The notes beneath the pieces were generated by a model, which worked only from the letters and a program-made list of their open reading frames with translations, did no database searches and had not been told where the DNA came from. DNA of 64,000 nt from the human T2T-CHM13v2.0 reference genome, Homo sapiens. The stretch lies in the NCBI RefSeq assembly GCF_009914755.1, contig NC_060929.1; one strand, given 5' to 3'. Positions 40,916 to 53,221 of the stretch are shown here, piece after piece (the first letter of the stretch is position 1; each line of letters opens with the position of its first letter). Both the position numbers and the translations under genes were made by a program.

Positions 40916-43900
40916 ATAGATTAAGCATATTTTCTATTTTGAAAGATGAGAGACAAGGATAAAAGAAAATCAAACTTTTAACAAAATTTAGTTGAGAGTA
41001 GAAGTATAAATTCTGCTAATTTGGTCAATAATTTTTATAGCTTTTATTTTCCTTTGGTTACCTTACTTAGTACCAGAGACACAATTAACTTAAAATGAAT
41101 TATCAAAAGAAGTCTTCAAAATACCATTGCTTTTTCATAAATGAGAGCTCCCTGGGGACATATCTATGGGAAGGAAGCACATCAGGCTACCCCGTGTTAA
41201 TTACGGTAACGCTAGCCGCCATGACAGATCGGAGGCTCAGCTGTGTGAGGCTTCATTTCTCACACACATAAACCCCATCTGGGGCTAGGTGCGGAGGCAG
41301 TTGTCGCTGCAGTCTCTGGAGACCAAGTTAGCAGCCCCGCCACCTCCACCATGTGGCTTCCAGGGTGTCCTGGGTGTGGCCATCCAGCAGGTGGACAGGA
41401 GAGAAACCAGCTGAGAAGTTGATGCAGGAAACATCTGGGGCCAGGTTCAGAGGGACCAGCGCTGCCCTTGTGGGCCTGCAGACAGCCAAGACGCAGCCAC
41501 CAGCACAGCTAATCCCGGGGCCTGGGCAGAGTGGGGTGGGCGACGTGGCCGTGCGGGAGTACAGTTGTGCACGTGGGGAAGAGGAAGGGGGTTTGTGGGC
41601 AGCAGGGTGCCCTTTTCCATATTAATTTCACTGCTAATCCTCCGTGCCGCACCCCACCCGTGGGGAAGCACCTGTCTCACACAGCAGGAAAGCCTCCACT
41701 CATCAGTCACTTAGGGGAAGTGTGACACTGCAAGCCTCTGGTCCTTTGGGGTTCCTGGTTTTTTCCATAGCATCTGAGCAGCAAGCATCAATTTCTCTGA
41801 ATAGGCCTCACCCCCCGCAGGGCAACCAACACCCTTCTGAGCTTCCTTCTCCCTGCTGGACTCCCTGATTTCCATCTTCCCTATTTTCTTTCTGCTCTTC
41901 TATTTCTTTTCCCTTCTTAAAGGCTCCCCCTGGTTTTGTAAGGTCTAGAAGTAACCTATGGACAAGGTAGGAAGGCTGGTGAGGGGCCGGGGTCGTCGCT
42001 GAGGCCCCGTTTTTGCTGCTATCAGGCTGAATTCCACAAGAAATGTCCTCGGCGTCACTGTCACTGCTCCCAGGATTGCTCGCCCCACGGAAGACACTGG
42101 TGGCCAAGAGCCACACTGGCTTCTGGTCCAGAGTTCACCAGACAGAGCAAGCCCAGATGGTCCCAGTTGCATAAGTGTGGTGCAGGCTCCCCGGGGCCCT
42201 GCAAGCTGGGATCACTCCTCCTGGCCCTCACGTGAAGGACCCTTGCGGGTCCAAGATATCCCCATTCCCAGAAGGCGGTTTGGCCGCTCACCCCGCCTGG
42301 CTGCCCACGTAAGCCACAGCAACACATGAGCGAGAAGAAAAAAGTCTTCTGTTTCATGTTAAAAAGTACAAATATGATATTATTGATTCAGAAAGGAAAT
42401 GTGCTGAGCGAGGACTCAAAGTACAGCTGAATCGAACCCCGGGGACAGCTTATGGGATGGAATATGAGTACAGCTTTAGAATGAAAACAGATGTTGCTCT
42501 TCACGAAACTAAAAAAAAGTTTTTAAAATTTGCATTTTTGGTCAAAGCGGCAGCAGGCTAACACCTGGACAATGGATTTCACAAAGAAAATGTCCAATTG
42601 TCTTGAGAATGCTGCAGAGAGAGGAAAAAGGTAGCTCAGATCTTGCAGAGGAGCAGGACGCGCGTGGAGGCTCCCGCTACTCCGAGAGGAAGAAAGGGCT
42701 CCGCGCCACGCTCACATCATACGATGACTAGAAGACAAATGGAAATGGAAGGCCCATCAGAGGGGCAGCTGGAACACGCATCTCATTTCTATGCATGGAG
42801 TTTCTGCAGGCTCAGAAGCACAACCTGGCCCCTTTTTCTTGCAAAGTTAAACTCTCCCATGCTTATGTCAAATCAACCAGGCATTTTTTTTTTAGGTCTG
42901 AAAGATTCTTTGCCTTCACTCATCTGTCACTGCTGTCATCAGTACTTACAGTATTTCACCTGCAACTTGCAATGTGCTTACTAAGGTCTTTTATCCTATC
43001 CATGTCAAAATAGTTTGATACTCAGTGTAATATCACAAAGAAAAGATTCTCAGGGGAAAGCTTTAGGAGATGCCTCTGTTTTTAACCCTGTTTCCAGAAA
43101 TAGTTAGATACAAACATTTTCACTTAGTTATTTTGCTTTCCAAGTGAGAGAATGACTTCTGATACTTGGACATGATTTTGTGAAGCACTTTGGACACAAA
43201 TTTGAGAATCAGCACTTGGCTATCAGAGACTTGTACTGTATTGACCATGTGGTGACCAGATTTTAGCAATCTTAGAGCCTCTTGGTCAATGGCTATGTTT
43301 CCTGTGTGTATTTACTGCCCATTAACAAATAGAATTTACACTGGGCCAGTGATTGCCACTTGGGAGCCATTGGCAACTTTTCCCAGGATCCCGTTGAGCC
43401 TGTGGAAGGAGACTTTGTCTCCAAAGTCAGGCTCTGGGGTTGCAGTTGCTGCCTTTGTCTTGCTGGTGTGGGCATGACTTGCTATCTATAAAATATGTGA
43501 AGAGGAGCAAAAGAGGGAGAAACCAGGCTTCTTTCTTGGTCTTCCCTGTCTTCCCAAAGAGAGGAAACTTAAAGAGGTCATCCCTCAGATACAAGAAAAA
43601 ATATCATTCTTTTCCATCTCCTCTCTGCCCCTTGTCTTTTTTCAGCCACTCCTGTGTTATGTACTGTCACTGTGCAAAGGAAGAACACAGTAACCTCCTA
43701 CATCACGTAGGCCATCCTCTCACAACACCAACAGCTTGTGCGTGTCTGCACACCCCAATCTCCCCCTGCAACCGGGACTTGCATCAGAGACCCAGGAAGG
43801 GAGTTCAAGAGTGAAACAAGGATCCCAGGAGCTTCCTAAAGGGCCATCAGCTTGACAACATCCTCCACTATAATTTATACAAAAAACAATCCTAGCAAAT

Positions 43901-44775
43901 AAATAATTGTTTTTAAATATTGATGGGGATTATGAGAGGAAATCTAACACTAAGTCAAGTGTGGACTCTTCCAAATTATCCTGGAATTATCAGTCATCAT
44001 GCTTACAGGTGCTCGTGGGTAAATCATATGAAGTATCCCAATAATCTGAGTGATAGGAAAGTCCAGAGTGCAATGGGGTGAAAGAGACCCCAGAATAAAG
44101 AGATGACTCCACAGGAATAACAAGGACAGCTGCACATGCGAGCTGCGCACTTACTGTGGGGCAGGCCTGCATCCCGGGCTTCCCAGGCACCATCCCCCTG
44201 AGCCACTGATGACCGGTGGCTGCGGATGCTGTTGTCCAAGATTCAAGCCCAGACCTGTCAGGCCCCACAGGAGAGCCAGCCTCCAGGCTTTCCTAGCATC
44301 TCCCTGACATCTACCTCATTGGTGGACAAAAGTCCAGAATGAAATTTAGTTACATTTGTTGCTGTAAACCATTGCGTTTGGTCTAAATATCAGGTATCGG
44401 AAGTGTGCACCAGGATCACCTGCAGGAAGGAAACCCAGGTGTGAACCGTTCCTGCAGTGCCACGTGGCCTTGGCAGGAAACGTGCTAAGAGAAGCCTCAG
44501 TCCTGGAGAGCCTGGCCTGGCCTTCGGGGTCTCAGGAGCCAGTGCCATGTCTGCAGGCTGCCGAGGTGCCTCTCAGCCCCTTTTTTTCCTTCTATGCCCC
44601 AGGAGGCTGAGACCTCCTGGTATCCCCAAAAGCCATAAGGATCAAGCCCCAGTATTACAGCTATCAGACCAAGAGTGGTAAAAACACATTTTGGGACAAA
44701 TACAATAAAATGATGTAAGATACTTAGACTCAAAGTTTTCATTTCTTTAGCTCTTGCAAATCCTAAGTTGTAATA

Positions 44776-45639
44776 CAGTCGTGTGTTTCTTAATGAAAGG
44801 GCTACATTCTTAGAACTTTGTTTATAGAGGACCTCATTTGCGTATAAGCATCACAGAGAGTATTTACACAAACCTAGACGGAGTAGCCTACTGCCCACCT
44901 TGGCTATGTGTGTGGCCTCTTGCTCCCAGGTTACAAACCTGTACAGCATGCGGCTCTATGGAACACTGCGAGCAATTGTAACTCAGTGGTGAGTATTTGT
45001 ACATCTAAACATAGAAAAGATACAGTAAAATATGATACAAAAGATAAAAATATGGGACGCCTGAATAGGGTACTTACCAGGAATGAAGCTTTCAGGACTG
45101 CAAGAAGCTCTGGGTGAGTCAGTGAGTGGTGACTGAATGTGAAGGCCCAGGACACGATTACACTACAGTGGACTTCAGAAACACCGGACACTTAGGCTAC
45201 ATTCTGTTTATTTAATTGTTTTATTCAATAATAAATTAACCTTAGCTGACTGGATTTTTTTTCCTACTTTATAACCTTCTTAGTTGTTTTTTTTTTTAAC
45301 TTTTCAACTCTTGGTAGTAACCCTTAGCTTAAAGCACAAACACATTGTAGGGCTGTACAAAAATATTTTCTTTCTCTGTATCATTATTATATGAGCTTTT
45401 TTCTATTTTTATTTTTTAATTGATTAATTAATTGTTTTGTTGTTAAAATTGAGATACATACACAAACCTTGACCTAGGCCTGCACTGGTCAGGATCATGA
45501 ATGTCACTTCCTTACACCTCCACATCTTGTCCCACTGGAAGACCGTCAGGGGAAGTCACAGCTCCATCATCATCAGGGGATCAGGATCATCCATGGGGGT
45601 CCATTGTTGACTGAAACGTGGCTATGTGGTACAAGACTG
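44776..45639 (-). mobile_element. Tigger3 family (Tigger3b-like) non-autonomous DNA transposon
   Basis: TA|CAGTCGTG... left end and ...GTTGACTGAAACGTGGCTATGTGGTACAAGACTG right end (degenerate terminal inverted repeats). Internal TACACAAACCTAGA, TACAAACCTGTACAGCATG and CTGGGTGAGTCAGTGAGTG are Tigger3 strings. Orientation is relative to the remembered consensus. Confidence 0.88.
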
Positions 45640-46049
45640 TCTATGCATGGCTTTCAAATAGGAATCTGTTTGATGCCATGCCTTTCTGTTTGATGGCTTT
45701 GCTAACACAGTCGCCTGTTATTTATCCTTCTCAGCTCCCTTTCCCTCTGCCCCCTAAAAGAAAAATCCTCACTAGTGGCAGGCTGCTGTGGTGGGGTTCT
45801 TTTTGCTTTACCAGGAGGAAACAGTGACAGTGAACATTCAAGGAGGCCACTACAGAAGTTTCCCGAAGATGAACACGTCTCAGCTCACTTGCTACTCCCA
45901 GTGCACATCATGGGGTCCCTGGATTTCCTTGTGAGTTTGTGGGTCACAGGCAGTGGGAACGGCCATAGTTGGCCACAAGGGGCCTGTGGGGGAAGTGTTC
46001 GGTTGACCCAACTTCAGAGGTGACCACAATAACCTAACACAAAGAGGAA

Positions 46050-46570
46050 CGTAAATTGGCAGAAAAACACAGTGTAATAGACCTGCCCAAACTGCGCTCA
46101 AGGGGCCCCCAGGGACCCGCCAATCCATGCAAGAAGAATGGTACCCGCTGGAAGGGGCGCAGCAAGATGAATCACCACCGCCATGCAGATTTAGCGCGTT
46201 CGGGGGAAAGATAAATGTGTAAAACGCTGTGTCAAACCCATGGTGTGGCCCACACGGCAATTCAGGGTCAGAAATTGAACTCCACTCTAATTATCCTGGG
46301 GAGATAATATTAACTTACAGTCGGGAGTGAGAGGGAGAGTCCATAACTCATCACTCCATGGGCTGCTCCTCGCATTGTGTTATTGAAATATGAGGGCTCC
46401 ATTTTTATCCTGTCATAATGACAACTGATGTGCTTATTTTCTTTCTGCGCCCCTCTAGGGGATGATGAAATAGTAAGCAAACATTCTTTCTGGTGAAAGA
46501 GCAGCACTTTATCACGCTGGCTTCGGCTCTGAAACAGCACTTGCAAACTCAGAAACAATTCCGGGAGCAG
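46050..46570. promoter_or_regulatory. candidate regulatory element (CpG-retaining, GATA/FOX/homeobox motifs)
   Basis: More CpGs than the flanks; AGATAA 46209 and 46302, TTATCA 46509, GCAAACA ~46477, CTAATTA ~46287, TGTCATAATGACA palindrome-like 46411-46423. Confidence 0.35.
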
Positions 46571-49300
46571 AGCTGTCCCCTGGCCCTTCAGCCGTGGGCC
46601 ATGGACCTGCCACCCTTGCTTTGCTCCATGATGATTCTAGCCCCATCTTGACTCAAAAACACGATTCTGTGACTCACTTCTCAGGAATTGTAAGCATCCA
46701 GGCCTCTTTAATTTGCTCCCGTCTCAGGGTGGAGTGTTCAGGAAGGGATAGAGATTTATTAAAAACTTAACTCTCATTTGATTGCTGTGTTTACTGATCC
46801 GACTTCAGAACACCGCATTTCTCACTTCTTGTAATGGACTGTCAGAGCAGCTGTGCCTGTGGGTTTGGAGTCCTAGGCAGCAGGATTATTTTCCACCTTT
46901 TTGACATTGTTCCACGCAGTCACATTTTATTCTTTTTATTTATTATTTTTTTGTCAAAAATCTGTCTTTGCATCCTGTGAAGCATTCTTAATAAACTATG
47001 CACCAATGCAGGAATAAAAGTCACTGCCTCAAAACTTAAAGATTAAGTCCCATGCAATTCAAAATAAACACTTTTTCTCTGATTATTTGAAATAAGGTTG
47101 AAGCCTGTCTTCCAGTGAGTGGGAAGGAAAGGGGGTATTCTAGTATCCGGAAGAAGGAGCAAGAAGGGGCATGGAGGAGCTGGAAGCCCCTTTCAAGACA
47201 GCGGGACCCTGAGCCTTGACCCCAAGAGAAGAAATGTGAAAACAAACTCATCTTCAATTAAGAGAATAAGCAATTGGGTCACAAGTGTCTGATTGTAAAG
47301 GCTGCTGAGAGCCTGAGAACCAGGATGGAAGAAGAATAGATGGCAGCCCCCCCACCCCCTCCCTGAAGCCTCTCAGGACCAGCAAATTAATGGGGATTTT
47401 AGTTCTCAGGGAGATGGTGAAGCCCTCCACCCTCCCTCTGGGGAAGTTTATACAAAATTCGACAGCTTGCTATTTTAATTGAGAACAGAAAGCTAGTGCA
47501 GAATCCAAGATCTCAGGGAAACAAGGAAGTTTGTCTAAAATAATTGTCACTTGGTACTTGACCTCTTAGTGCTGAAGCATGCTAGGAGGGCAGAAGTGTT
47601 TGCTCTGTTATTGGCTAAGCAGGAGTTGGATTCCTTCCTCCAGGGCAGCTTCTCCCAGGTACATATCAGCTTTCATTGGTTGGTCTTAACAGGCTCCCAA
47701 GACAGGATTAGGCCTGAGAGGATAATATAGTTTCACACCAATTGCAGGACCCAGGAACGAGGTACCACATCATCCTTTTTCTGCTCTTATAGCCTCAGCC
47801 AGTGAAGTCAATGAAATAAAGAGTGATGCTGCATTTTTAAGACAACTTGAGGGACAGGTGTAGCCTAACAGCATATGTGTGTATTTGGAGTTACTGAGAA
47901 GGCAGTGTGCACACACCCACATAAACCTATTAAAATCTGCTTGCACTCCTGAAGTCACTGATCACATTTCAGGGTCACCGTGGCAAGGTAGTGTCTGTGC
48001 CCTCAATTATTCTGATTCCTGGACTAGATAATCAGAAGGACATTGCTTATTCACAATCAACAGGGTCAGGTTTTCCAGTGGGGGGAGTAAAGGACATTCC
48101 TATCTAAATATTTGGGTTTTATGGTCAGTTGTAACCTTGACACAGGAATAAATACACAAAGCAAAGCACCTGGGGGCTAAAATAATAGCTTAGTCAGAGA
48201 CCTAAGCTACAGTGCAGTGAATGAATTAAAATTCTAGTAGTCATAGAGACAACTGATTCCAATCAGCAAGGTTCATGTTGATGCCAAAGATGTCGGCCCT
48301 TCTGCACAGGAGTCAGTGGACTGGGAGTGAGAAGGCATTTGTTACACCAGGTTCCCCATACCCCTGGCTGCAGTGCTATCCTGGACATCAAATTTACTCA
48401 TGCCAATGGCTATTTCCCTATAGATAGCCAGGCATCATTCTCACAAGTCTGTTGACTCAAAGTTGCTTTCGGTTTCCTAAACACAATTTTAAAACATTGA
48501 CTTTCTTTAGAGATGTCCCAGTCAGCTGGGAAGACAAAATAGCACTTTAAAAAGACATTAAGTTCATATTTACATGAGCCATCATGACAGCCTGGCAAGG
48601 CATGACTGTCTGTAAAGTATTATATATTTTTAAGAGTGCTCATAATTTACGTTTTAAAATTTTCTTTCTACACATTTACAGTATATAATGGAAGCTTCCA
48701 ACATTTATAACAGAACAGCCGTGACCTGCTAGCTAAATGGTATGCAAGATTCTATAAATTACAGTCTGAAATTTGTCCTAATGTTCAAGTATTTCTGTGA
48801 CAGATTTTCCTCCAAGAAAAATTGGAAAGAAATGGGAAAACGTATAATCTGTTATAACTGTGTTAAGGGCAGGACTAGAACATTACTCTCAAGGTACTTC
48901 AGGTGGCAAATGGGAGGATATTTATTTGGTGGTTTATTCTACTAAGCTTAGACTTTTCTTATTTTTATAGACTCAAGTCAACAACTACAGGCATCTCAAT
49001 AGACATATCAGGCAGTGCTCTGAAAATGTTGTTCAAGATAACATAAGCTCACTCCCCAACATCCCTGCCTAACACCATGTGTTTGCCTCTTCTGGTTCTA
49101 GTCTCTCTGGGGTCAGACTCACCTGGGGTAAGGGAATTTCTCAGCTCCCTTAAAGTTAGATGTGATGATGTAAATAAGTTTTAGAGACGACTGTAATTGC
49201 AAATTCTCTGTGCTATCTCTTGGGAAATGTCCTTTTAAAGAGGTGGCCCCTGCACCTTCTTGCCACTGGCTTCCAGCTTTTCTTTTGAGATGTGATTCTT

Positions 49301-49698
49301 GGCTGGGTGTGGTGGCTCACGCCTGTAATCCTAGCACTTTGGGAGGCTGAGGTGGGAGGATCATCTGAGTTTGGGAGTTTGAGACCAGCCTGGGTAACAT
49401 GATAAAACTCCATCTCTATTAAAAATACAAAAATACAAAAATTAGGTATGGTGGCACGTGCCTGTAATCCAAGCTACTTGGGAGGCTGAGGCAGGAGAAT
49501 CACTTAAACTCAGGAAATGGAGGTTGCAGTGAGCTGAGAGTGCCACTGCACTCCAGCCTAGGTGGCAGAGTGAGAATCCATCTCAGAAAAAGGAAAAGAA
49601 AAGAAAGGAAAAGAAAAGGAAAGGAAAAGAAAAGGAAAAAGAAAAAGAAAAAAGAGAAAGAGAAAAAAAGAGAAAAAGAAAAAGAAAGAAAAAGAAAA
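49301..49698 (+). mobile_element. Alu SINE (old S/J) with expanded GA-rich tail
   Basis: Alu body 49301-49584; pure purine tail 49585-49698. TSD TGTGATTCT at 49291-49299 and 49703-49711. Confidence 0.95.
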
Positions 49699-49829
49699 CA
49701 ACTGTGATTCTGGTGAGGAAAAGACCTATGGAACATGCGGAGGGCCCACCCCTGGGGCATGAAAGAGCAGAATAGCTTGAGTTCATGATACTTGCTGTGG
49801 GTTTCTACCATCCAAATTTTGGTGTAAAG

Positions 49830-50047
49830 CAGAGATCGGCAAAGTATTTCTGCAAAGGGCCAGAGAGCAGATATTTTGGCTTGCAGACTGGGATGTCTCC
49901 TTCACAATTACCTGATGCAACTGCAGTAATGAAAAAGCATCCATGGATAATATGTAAATAAATGGGTGAAGCTGGAATCCAGTAAAACTTTATTTTCAAA
50001 AACAGGCTGGAGGCTGGATTTGAGTGGGCACAGTTTGCTCACTCCAC
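49830..50047 (+). mobile_element. MER58A (hAT-Charlie) MITE
   Basis: CAGAGATCGGCAAAGTATTTCTGCAAAGGGCCAGA...AAAACTTTATTTTCAAAAACAGGC...CAGTTTGCTCACTCCAC. 8-bp TSD-like GTGTAAAG / CTGTAAGG. Confidence 0.88.
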
Positions 50048-50692
50048 CTGTAAGGAATCTTAAAATATTGGTTTTGCTTGAGTTTTTATGGGTCTCTGTT
50101 ACTCATAGTCAAAGCTAATCCTAACTGCTGGGAGTCCTCATCACATGGTTATTTATAGTCTAGACCTTTTCCTTTTCTTTCTCTCCTTACCCTTCTGGAG
50201 TCTCCCTGCCTCTCTCTTTCTAACACACCTACTTTCTTTTTCTCTCATCTCTTTTCATTTTTATTGCCTTTAGCATATTTATTTCTTCCTTATAACCCCT
50301 GTGCTTTATCAGCAGTAGCCCTGGTCATACCTTGATTGCAGGAGTCTAAGGAGATTGTGGAATGAAAAATGTATTAAGTGTGGCAAGTCTCCCTGAACTT
50401 AGACCTCTCACACATATGTAACTTTTTCCTTAAGTGCTTTGTTTCCAAAAGGCTACGTATTGCCATTCAGAAGGTAAGAACTCAAAAGAAAAGCAAACTC
50501 TTTCATAGAGAAAATGAGCATGGAACTATCTAAGCACAATGTGTCACCCTTGGTCTGAATGTGACTTTTTGAGATATAGTGCAATCCTTAGCTCCTGACT
50601 GTACTAAATAAAACATTCAAAACACACAAAATAAGGCACCCAGAAATCCCATCCATCTCCAATCAAAATAATACTCTCCTGTTCTAAGATAA

Positions 50693-51245
50693 TTTTGACC
50701 CCGGTAAACTGAGATTTTTTCCCCATTCTGTATTGTTTGTACAGAAAGAACATTTCACTGGGAAAAGGCAATCAGCTTTTTATTCACTGGCTAGAGAACT
50801 GAGACGATTTTTCATTCTAAGTTTACCTTTCTTCTGACTAATGGAAGGCATGGGGTTTTTAAGGACTAGATGCAGAGTGGGAGAGGAATGTTAGCCTGTG
50901 TAGGGTGGGACTCTAGACCACAGGCTCAACTTATAAACATTTGTCTTTATATATCACATACACAAAATGGTAGAGATTTTCCTTCAGGGTAGGGAATTTT
51001 AGCATTATAATTATATGTTAATGATGTGAAGGCAAGTAGGGGTCTCCTTTTCCCATGTTTGCCAGTTTTTTGGGGTCTTAACATCCTGTAGCATATGGTC
51101 AGGGTTTAACAAGCTCTGGTACCATCTCAGATCATCTGGTTCCTCTAAGCAGTCATGTCTATAAATAAAAAGATTAAAGAAAAAGACAGTAAAAACGAAG
51201 AACCCTCCCCAGTTATGCCATCAGGGCTGCCCTGATACCATTTCA
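50693..51245 (-). mobile_element. probable ERV1-class solo LTR (MER67/MER66-like; family uncertain)
   Basis: TTTATT (antisense polyA signal) near 50779, GGGTAGGGAATTTTAGCATTATAAT (antisense TATA region), and terminal ...CATTTCA (antisense TG start). Confidence 0.45.
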
Positions 51246-51547
51246 TTCATATATCTAGTGCAGTCTCAAGCTGGCTTCTCTTCCTCTCTTGTTTCTCTTA
51301 TCAGATGGGAACATAGATGTAGACCTCACCATGGTAAACTGATGATTGCTCTGCTTCTGACTTATTAACAAATGTTATTTGAACAAGAGATGGGGGATAC
51401 GGAGACTTGAACATTTGCTTTTGTTGATAATTATGCAATTTTCTTATATTTTCTTTTCAATTCTTCCATCATCAAAATTGGACTAAAGTATTTGTCATAA
51501 AAATCCAAGGTAAAATCCTATGTTTTGGACAGACTCAGGAGTGGAGG

Positions 51548-51670
51548 ACCCCAAATGTAGGCTCTGTGAGGACAAGAGCTGGGTTTCCTCCATTCACTAC
51601 TGTGTGTACATCATCAGACCCCTGGGAGTCTGGAGTTCATTCCTGATAGATCTGTGCCCAATGAATAAAC
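51548..51670 (+). mobile_element. L2 LINE 3' terminus
   Basis: AATGTAGGCTCTGTGAGGACAAGAGCTGGGTTTCCTCCATTCACTACTGTGT...AATGAATAAA resembles the L2 3' end. Confidence 0.55.
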
Positions 51671-52200
51671 CAATTGGTGAAATAATTCAATTTGCAGGCC
51701 TTGTCATTACTTTTTCATGCCCAATATTAGGAGAAAAAAACTATTCTAAAAATATTATAATAATTATTTCAAAACCACAATGAAAGCAGCATATGATATG
51801 ACAGGTCAGTGAAGAAAATATATCGAGAGATTTGGCATTTAACAATGAAAAATATTTTTTAGTAAGATTAATTTTATTAAAACATAATGTCTTATATGTT
51901 AATTATATGCTCCATTAAAATTTTCTCAAAGATAAAGAGTCTCAGGTCTTATGAATATCTCAAAACGAGTTAGAAAAATAAAATACAAGGAAAAAAACAA
52001 ATGGAGAATTGATGACACATCTTTCAAATATGTTCACAGATCTTAAGTATGGACCAACCTCTCAGTATAAAGAGGTTATGCAAAAGAGTTGTAGGTGTGT
52101 TATTTGCTTTAGTTTCGTGTATTATTGAATACAGATGATGATACATGAAGAAGATTTTTTTAAATGGTAAATTATGTCAAATTTAATGAAGAATTAATAC

Positions 52201-53091
52201 TTTTTTTTTTAAAGTTCTGGGTACATTTTCAAGATGTGCAGTTTGTATGCCACAGTGGTTTGCTGCACCTATCAACCCATCACCGAGGTATTGAGACCAG
52301 CATGAATTAGCTATTTTTTTCTAATACTCTCCTTTCCCCCACCCCATCCCCTGACAGGTACCAGTGTGTGTTGTTCCTCTCCCTGCGTCCATGTGATCTC
52401 GTTGTTCAACTCTCACTTACAAGTGAGAACACGCAGTGTTTGATTTCCTGTTCCTGCTTTAGTTTGCTGAGTATAACGGCTTCCAGCTTCATCCATGTCC
52501 CTGCAATGGACATCCTTTTTATATCTGCATAGTATTCCATGATATATATGTACCACATTTTCTTTATCTAGTCTATCATTGATGGGTATTTGGATTGATT
52601 CCATGTCCTTGCTATTGTGAATAGTGCTTCAATGAACATATGTGTGCATGTATCTTTGTAATAGAATGATTTATATTCCTTTAGGTATATATCCAGTAAT
52701 GGGATTGCTGAGTCAGATGGTATTTGTGGTTCTAGATTTTTGAGGACTCGCCACACCATCTTCCACAATGATTGAAGTGATTTACATTCCAACCAACAGT
52801 GTAAAAGCATTCCTATTTCTGCACAATCTTGCCAGCATCTGATGTTTCTTGACTTTTTAATAAGGGCCATTCTGACTGATGTGATGTATCTCATTGTGGT
52901 TTTGATTTGCATTTCTCTAATGATCAATGATGTTGAGCTTTTCCTTCATATGTTTGGTGGTTGTATAAATGTCTTATTTTGAGAAGTGTCTGTTCATATT
53001 TTTGACCACTTTTTAATGGTTTTTTTTCTTGTAAATTTGTTTGAGTTCCTTGTAGATTCTGGATATTAGACCTTTGTCAGATGGATAGATG
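52201..53091 (-). mobile_element. L1PA (older primate, roughly PA8-PA13) 3' segment: ORF2 C-terminus, 3' UTR and poly-A
   Basis: Poly-T at 52201 then antisense 3' UTR. ORF 52568-52927 reads IIREMQIKTTMRY...RCWQDCAEIGMLLHCWLECK...AIPLLDIY, the L1 ORF2p cysteine-rich C-terminal remnant, with disablements. Confidence 0.95.
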
Positions 53092-53221
53092 GAAAAACAA
53101 TTGAAAAGGAGGGACTCCTCCCTAATTCATTTTATGAGTCCAGCATCATCCTGATACCAAAACCTGGAGAGATACAACAAAAAAAGAAAACTTCAGGCCA
53201 ATATCTCTTATGAACATCAAT
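53092..53221 (+). mobile_element. inverted L1 ORF2 segment (probable 5' inversion of the adjacent L1PA)
   Basis: Sense L1 sequence encoding [42 protein letters not shown] (start of the RT region, one frameshift), joined directly to the antisense segment. Confidence 0.9.

Larger units (their letters stand above)
49030..50130 (+). mobile_element. old ERVL LTR (LTR33/LTR16-like), split by Alu and MER58A insertions
   Basis: CTCAGCTCCCTTAAAGTTAGATGTGATGATGT resembles the LTR33/16 5' part. GGGTCTCTGTTACTCATAGTCAAAGCTAATCCTAACTG resembles the 3' end. Confidence 0.5.

Noticed and set aside
42425-42445. Minus-strand GGTTCGATTC resembling a tRNA T-loop / Pol III B box
   Set aside because: No cloverleaf, acceptor stem or upstream A box could be built; an isolated 10-mer.
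46447-46462. CTCF-like GCGCCCCTCTAGGGG (similar partial matches near 24160, 41384 and 58905)
   Set aside because: The spacing or core positions deviate from CCASYAGRKGGCRS; cannot be supported without a PWM scan or ChIP data.
52568-52927. L1 ORF2p C-terminal ORF as a functional CDS
   Set aside because: A fragment of a truncated, disabled L1 copy.
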